DNA of 40,965 nucleotides from a virus, in UHGV virus genome UHGV-1351066. One strand, written 5' to 3'. Numbering within the stretch: position 1 is the stretch's first letter; every line of letters starts with the position of its first letter. Position numbers and translations under genes: made by a program. Below the pieces are notes generated by a model. It searched no databases and had not been told where the DNA came from. It saw only the letters and a program-made list of their open reading frames with translations. This document shows positions 37,512-40,965 of the stretch, in pieces.

Positions 37512-39977
37512 TCAGAATCCTCCTTTCTTCTTGGACTGCGGTTCCTCGCGTTCACGGCGGCGCATTTCAGCAGACTGTTGGTCTGTGTCATAAATAGCGC
37601 CATTTGCCTGAATGCAATACACCGTGCCGGTATTGCCATGACGATTGAGACGAAGGATTAGTTCGGTTTCACCAGGTGGAACACTGTCATCAAAAGCACC
37701 TTCACGATGGATCCCCACCCAATAATCGCAATCCTGTTCAATCTGCCCTGTATCTCGTGAGTCACTTGGTAGTGGGCGTTTATTGGTTCGGCTTTCCAGT
37801 GCGCGGTTAAGCTGCGTCAGAAGCACAACAACGCAATCAAGCTCTTTGGCAAGGTTCTTCAGTCCTTTGGTGATCATGCCGTAAGCAAGGTCGTTGCGAT
37901 CGGCCTTCTCAGCAGTCATTAGTGTCAGGTAATCGACCAGAATCATGCCAACGCATCCTTTTTCTCGTTTGATTCGACGGCTTTCGCTGACGATTTGAGC
38001 CAGAGATAATCCCGGCGTGTCGTCGATGTAAAGCAGGTCGATTTCACTCAAGCGATTGGCTGTTTCGATCGCCCTGTTGAAGTCACCATCGTAATCACCC
38101 TGATAGCCGTCATCGGCGTCATTTGTCGCCGGAAGGTAAAAAATATTTGGGTTAACACCTGACTTCTGTCCTACCAGTTTTTCCAGTATCTGGTCACCTG
38201 GCATTTCAAGGCTGAACATCAGAGCTGGCTTTTTCTCATGCACTGCGCAGTTGATTGCCATCTGGCTGTATAGCGTGGTGTTGTGGGTTAGAATGTATCC
38301 GTCAGTTGCATACAAATGTCTCTCGTGGGATACCATGATGCAAATGCACTCTTCACGTCCAATATACTCAACCGACGTGATAACAGGCGCACTTGTTTTG
38401 ATGCGTTTTGCAGTGAATTTTTGCTTCAGGCGTGGAGATTTTATGTGTGATAGAACCTCATCAGGCAACCTGATTGCGCAAATATGGGCATCCATACCTT
38501 TGCGCATTTCTCCCTTATAACTGAATTTCGGCTCCTGTTTGGTTGTCATACGACACACGCCACCAAGAGAATGCACCAGCCGCTTTACACCATCTGACAG
38601 GAACTTGCTTGCCGAGCTAAAGCGCAGGGCATTATTTCCTTCAACCCAACCATCGGTTTCAAGTAATCCGCATAGAACATCAATACGAGTTTGCTTATCA
38701 GCAGAAAAAATAATATCCGGGATAATTTTAATCTCTGACATCCGGCCGTAGATACCAAGCCGTTGCATAACCCGCGTAAGAGATAATTTGCGGCTAAACT
38801 TGTGAGATAGGGAGTAATCGCAGCCAGAAACATGCCTGACTTCAATATCGTCACCCACTTCAGATCTTACTCGCTCAATGATGTATGGTTCCGTCATGCT
38901 GATTCGTGGCGTACCTGCAAGATTTCCATCGCCAAGTAACGCACCTAACAGCCATGGGCTAATCCCTAAATCAACAGGCAATCCGAAGTCACCGCTAATA
39001 CCAGGAACATGAATGCGGCTTTGATAGCGAACGCATTCCATCATGTCCCGTAGGCGGCAGGTGTCTACAACATCAACGCCACCGGTAATACGGTTACTAT
39101 GAATTTCCCACAAATGATCATCCGCGCAATCAACGGTTCTTCCGTCAGAGAACGTAACTCGGTAAATATCTCGCTCCCCTTGAGGAAAAACTCCAGACAC
39201 GAATGATGGTTGTCCATCCACTGATGCTAGGGAATCTCCAACACATACGTCACGAAATGTTGTCCATGAACCATCAGCAAGCAAAATGCGTGAATTAAGC
39301 GGTTGCGCTTTCCCCATCTTAGGGCGAGCGCCAATGACAAACAGAGAGCCTTTCACCAGGCCTTTCGGTGACAGCATCCTGTCCAGCGATGGGATCCCTG
39401 TGCTCATTCCTCGTTGTTCTCCTGACGGGTCAAATCGCTTCTCAAGGTCGCTAACCCAGTCTTCCATGACCTCACCAAATGAGCGAAGGCCGCGACGCGA
39501 TCCGGTTTTTGCATGGTCTGTCAGTTGCGTGAAAATCGCCTGAATAGTTTCGTACTTCTGCGTTGCAGTCATTCCGTTGCGGGAATAGAGCAATTCCGTC
39601 GCTTCAGTCATGCGGTTGATGGCGTAGCGTTCCATTGCGGTTTCACGAACCTGCATTGCATAGGCAACGATGTTTGCTGCGCTTGGCGTGTTCTTTGCGA
39701 TCTCAGCGATATAAGCAAAACCGCCAACAGACGCCGTTAACGATTTACGCTCCAGTTCATCGAAAAGCGTCAGGCCATCTACTGGCTTTTGCTCCCGGTG
39801 CATTCTGGTTATTTCTTCGAAAAGGATTTTGTGTGGCCGGCTGTAAAATGAGTCAGGCTTCAGCATCGCCAGAACTTTCTGGACGCGCTCACTGCTGTCA
39901 TCATCCAGAAGCAATCCACCAATCACCGCCTGCTCTGCCTCGATGCTATGGGGCGGCGCATAAAAATTATCGGTCAT
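37512..39977 (-). CDS. dnaB: DnaB-family replicative helicase containing an intein
   Basis: N-terminal region and RecA-like core collinear with E. coli DnaB ('SVGGFAYIAEIAKNTPSAANIVAYA', 'ALMFSLEMP'); Walker A 'GARPKMGK' is split from 'TTLYSQMAIN'; ATG at 39977 has a GAGGGTG RBS. Confidence 0.85.
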   Translation of the reverse strand: MTDNFYAPPHSIEAEQAVIGGLLLDDDSSERVQKVLAMLKPDSFYSRPHKILFEEITRMHREQKPVDGLTLFDELERKSLTASVGGFAYIAEIAKNTPSAANIVAYAMQVRETAMERYAINRMTEATELLYSRNGMTATQKYETIQAIFTQLTDHAKTGSRRGLRSFGEVMEDWVSDLEKRFDPSGEQRGMSTGIPSLDRMLSPKGLVKGSLFVIGARPKMGKAQPLNSRILLADGSWTTFRDVCVGDSLASVDGQPSFVSGVFPQGERDIYRVTFSDGRTVDCADDHLWEIHSNRITGGVDVVDTCRLRDMMECVRYQSRIHVPGISGDFGLPVDLGISPWLLGALLGDGNLAGTPRISMTEPYIIERVRSEVGDDIEVRHVSGCDYSLSHKFSRKLSLTRVMQRLGIYGRMSEIKIIPDIIFSADKQTRIDVLCGLLETDGWVEGNNALRFSSASKFLSDGVKRLVHSLGGVCRMTTKQEPKFSYKGEMRKGMDAHICAIRLPDEVLSHIKSPRLKQKFTAKRIKTSAPVITSVEYIGREECICIMVSHERHLYATDGYILTHNTTLYSQMAINCAVHEKKPALMFSLEMPGDQILEKLVGQKSGVNPNIFYLPATNDADDGYQGDYDGDFNRAIETANRLSEIDLLYIDDTPGLSLAQIVSESRRIKREKGCVGMILVDYLTLMTAEKADRNDLAYGMITKGLKNLAKELDCVVVLLTQLNRALESRTNKRPLPSDSRDTGQIEQDCDYWVGIHREGAFDDSVPPGETELILRLNRHGNTGTVYCIQANGAIYDTDQQSAEMRRREREEPQSKKKGGF
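38280..39308 (-). other. intein (343 aa) with LAGLIDADG homing-endonuclease domain inside the helicase P-loop
   Basis: Starts 'AQPLNSRILLADGS' (block A spacing as in Sce VMA 'CFAKGTNVLMADGS'), ends '…GYILTHN' followed by extein Thr; two LAGLIDADG-like motifs ('LLGALLGDGNLAG', 'LCGLLETDGWVEG'). Confidence 0.75.
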
Positions 39978-40866
39978 CGTGTTCACCCTCACGAACTTTC
40001 AGGTAGGTATTATCGTTAAGCAGGAAATCAAATCCCTTTTTGTGCCAGACGGTTCCGCGTTGATGGTTTGGGCGCTCTTCGAACATCCATCGGCAATTTT
40101 CGCCAACGTAGCTCAAATAATTTCTCCAGTCCTGCATCGTGAACCCATGCCCGTCAAGCTGGCGGGTTATCACTCCGGCTTTGCGCCAGAACGTTCGGAT
40201 CTGGTTTTTACGCTTGTCATTCAGTGCGCGGATTCTTGGAGCTTCAGGAAGGATTTCGTGGTAAGCATCGACAACATCCTGACAGCTGACGGAAGGTTTT
40301 TTCTTGTCAGACTTTTTGTCTGCTGTGGCACTCTCTAATACGTCAGTATTAGAGATAATATTATTATATTCTTTATCTGTGGTAATTTGCTGGTAATCTG
40401 CTGGTACAGCATTGCTTACAGGCATTGGTATTGCTGGCTTTGAGGTGGTAATTTGCTGGTAATCTGCTGGTACAAAATTTGACTGATAATCGTCATATTT
40501 CTCTACCGAGAAAACTGAGAATTTACCGTGTGAAACCCAGTCAATCATGCCGAGTTTTTTGAACTTTCTAAGCAGGTACTGAACGCGATCTGGTTTGAGT
40601 CCTGTTTCAAACGCCAGAGAGTTTCTACCGCCAAGTAGCTTCCCTCTGCCTACCAGAATTTCTCCTGCGTCAGTCATTACATACTCAGGCGTATGCTTTG
40701 CTTTGAGGATTAAGTGAACCCACAGATGCGCTGCTTCTGCATCCTTGTAAAACGGCACATCCATAATTTTACGGTGCAGCAAGGCATACCCCTTACCGCT
40801 GCTTTGATGCGGTTGTTGTAGCCTTCTGGCCTCTCTGGCTTCGGCTAGATTAGATATGTTACTCAT
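39967..40866 (-). CDS. replication initiator (lambda O / P22 gp18 analogue)
   Basis: Directly upstream of the helicase; internal tandem peptide repeat '[10 protein letters not shown]' x2 encoded by iteron-like DNA repeats; start overlaps an upstream stop context. Confidence 0.6.
   Translation of the reverse strand: MSNISNLAEAREARRLQQPHQSSGKGYALLHRKIMDVPFYKDAEAAHLWVHLILKAKHTPEYVMTDAGEILVGRGKLLGGRNSLAFETGLKPDRVQYLLRKFKKLGMIDWVSHGKFSVFSVEKYDDYQSNFVPADYQQITTSKPAIPMPVSNAVPADYQQITTDKEYNNIISNTDVLESATADKKSDKKKPSVSCQDVVDAYHEILPEAPRIRALNDKRKNQIRTFWRKAGVITRQLDGHGFTMQDWRNYLSYVGENCRWMFEERPNHQRGTVWHKKGFDFLLNDNTYLKVREGEHDDR
40336..40474. repeat. candidate origin: AT-rich tract plus 28-bp direct repeats (GCTGGTA iterons) inside the initiator gene
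   Basis: GGTAATTTGCTGGTAATCTGCTGGTACA at 40381-40408 and 40447-40474; AT-rich 40336-40380. Confidence 0.5.
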
Positions 40867-40965
40867 GACCTTTCTCCTTCTGCATCAGCTTCACTTTTTC
40901 CAACTCAGCCCGGAATCGACCAGGCTGCTTGAAGCTGGACAGGAAGCGATCACGTAGTATGTGTT

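Noticed and set aside
40867-40965. Partial minus-strand ORF running off the right edge of the window
   Set aside because: The only open frame ends at 40891 after about 25 codons of low-complexity sequence; more likely intergenic DNA between cII-equivalent and the initiator gene in the circular genome.
1-40965. CRISPR array or retron-like ncRNA-RT locus
   Set aside because: No regularly spaced short direct repeats and no reverse-transcriptase-like ORF anywhere in the window; the only repeat clusters are the ones reported as findings.

Overview
The window reads as a nearly complete, circularly permuted genome of a temperate P22-like (Lederbergvirus-type) podophage of Enterobacteriaceae, strongly mosaic with phage lambda. 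All calls are from reading the sequence and recalling protein families; no database search or RNA-folding tool was run. Layout: immunity region (cII-like and cro on the minus strand, cI plus, with P22-type nutR/nutL boxB hairpins); a plus-strand early-left operon (N with the P22 arginine-rich motif, accessory genes, RecT plus Gp157-like, Ea22-like, DUF550/551, xis, P4-type int); a probable attP gap; then a minus-strand block from the tailspike through the immI region (ant, arc, divergent mnt), the P22-order morphogenesis genes, terminases, Rha, a lambda-identical lysis cassette (S, R, Rz/Rz1), Q, a lambda-like nin region, and DnaB-type helicase plus O-like initiator. The best candidate for an undescribed system is a three-gene plus-strand cassette at the position of P22 sieA (15793-17046): a 199-aa unknown protein overlapping a YafO-like toxin homologue, followed by a small two-helix membrane protein. 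Other notable items are an intein with a LAGLIDADG domain and class-3 (WCT) hallmarks inside the helicase P-loop, two free-standing HNH-AP2 endonuclease genes, a chimeric tailspike, an extra ORF between arc and ant, and several repeat/operator-like elements.
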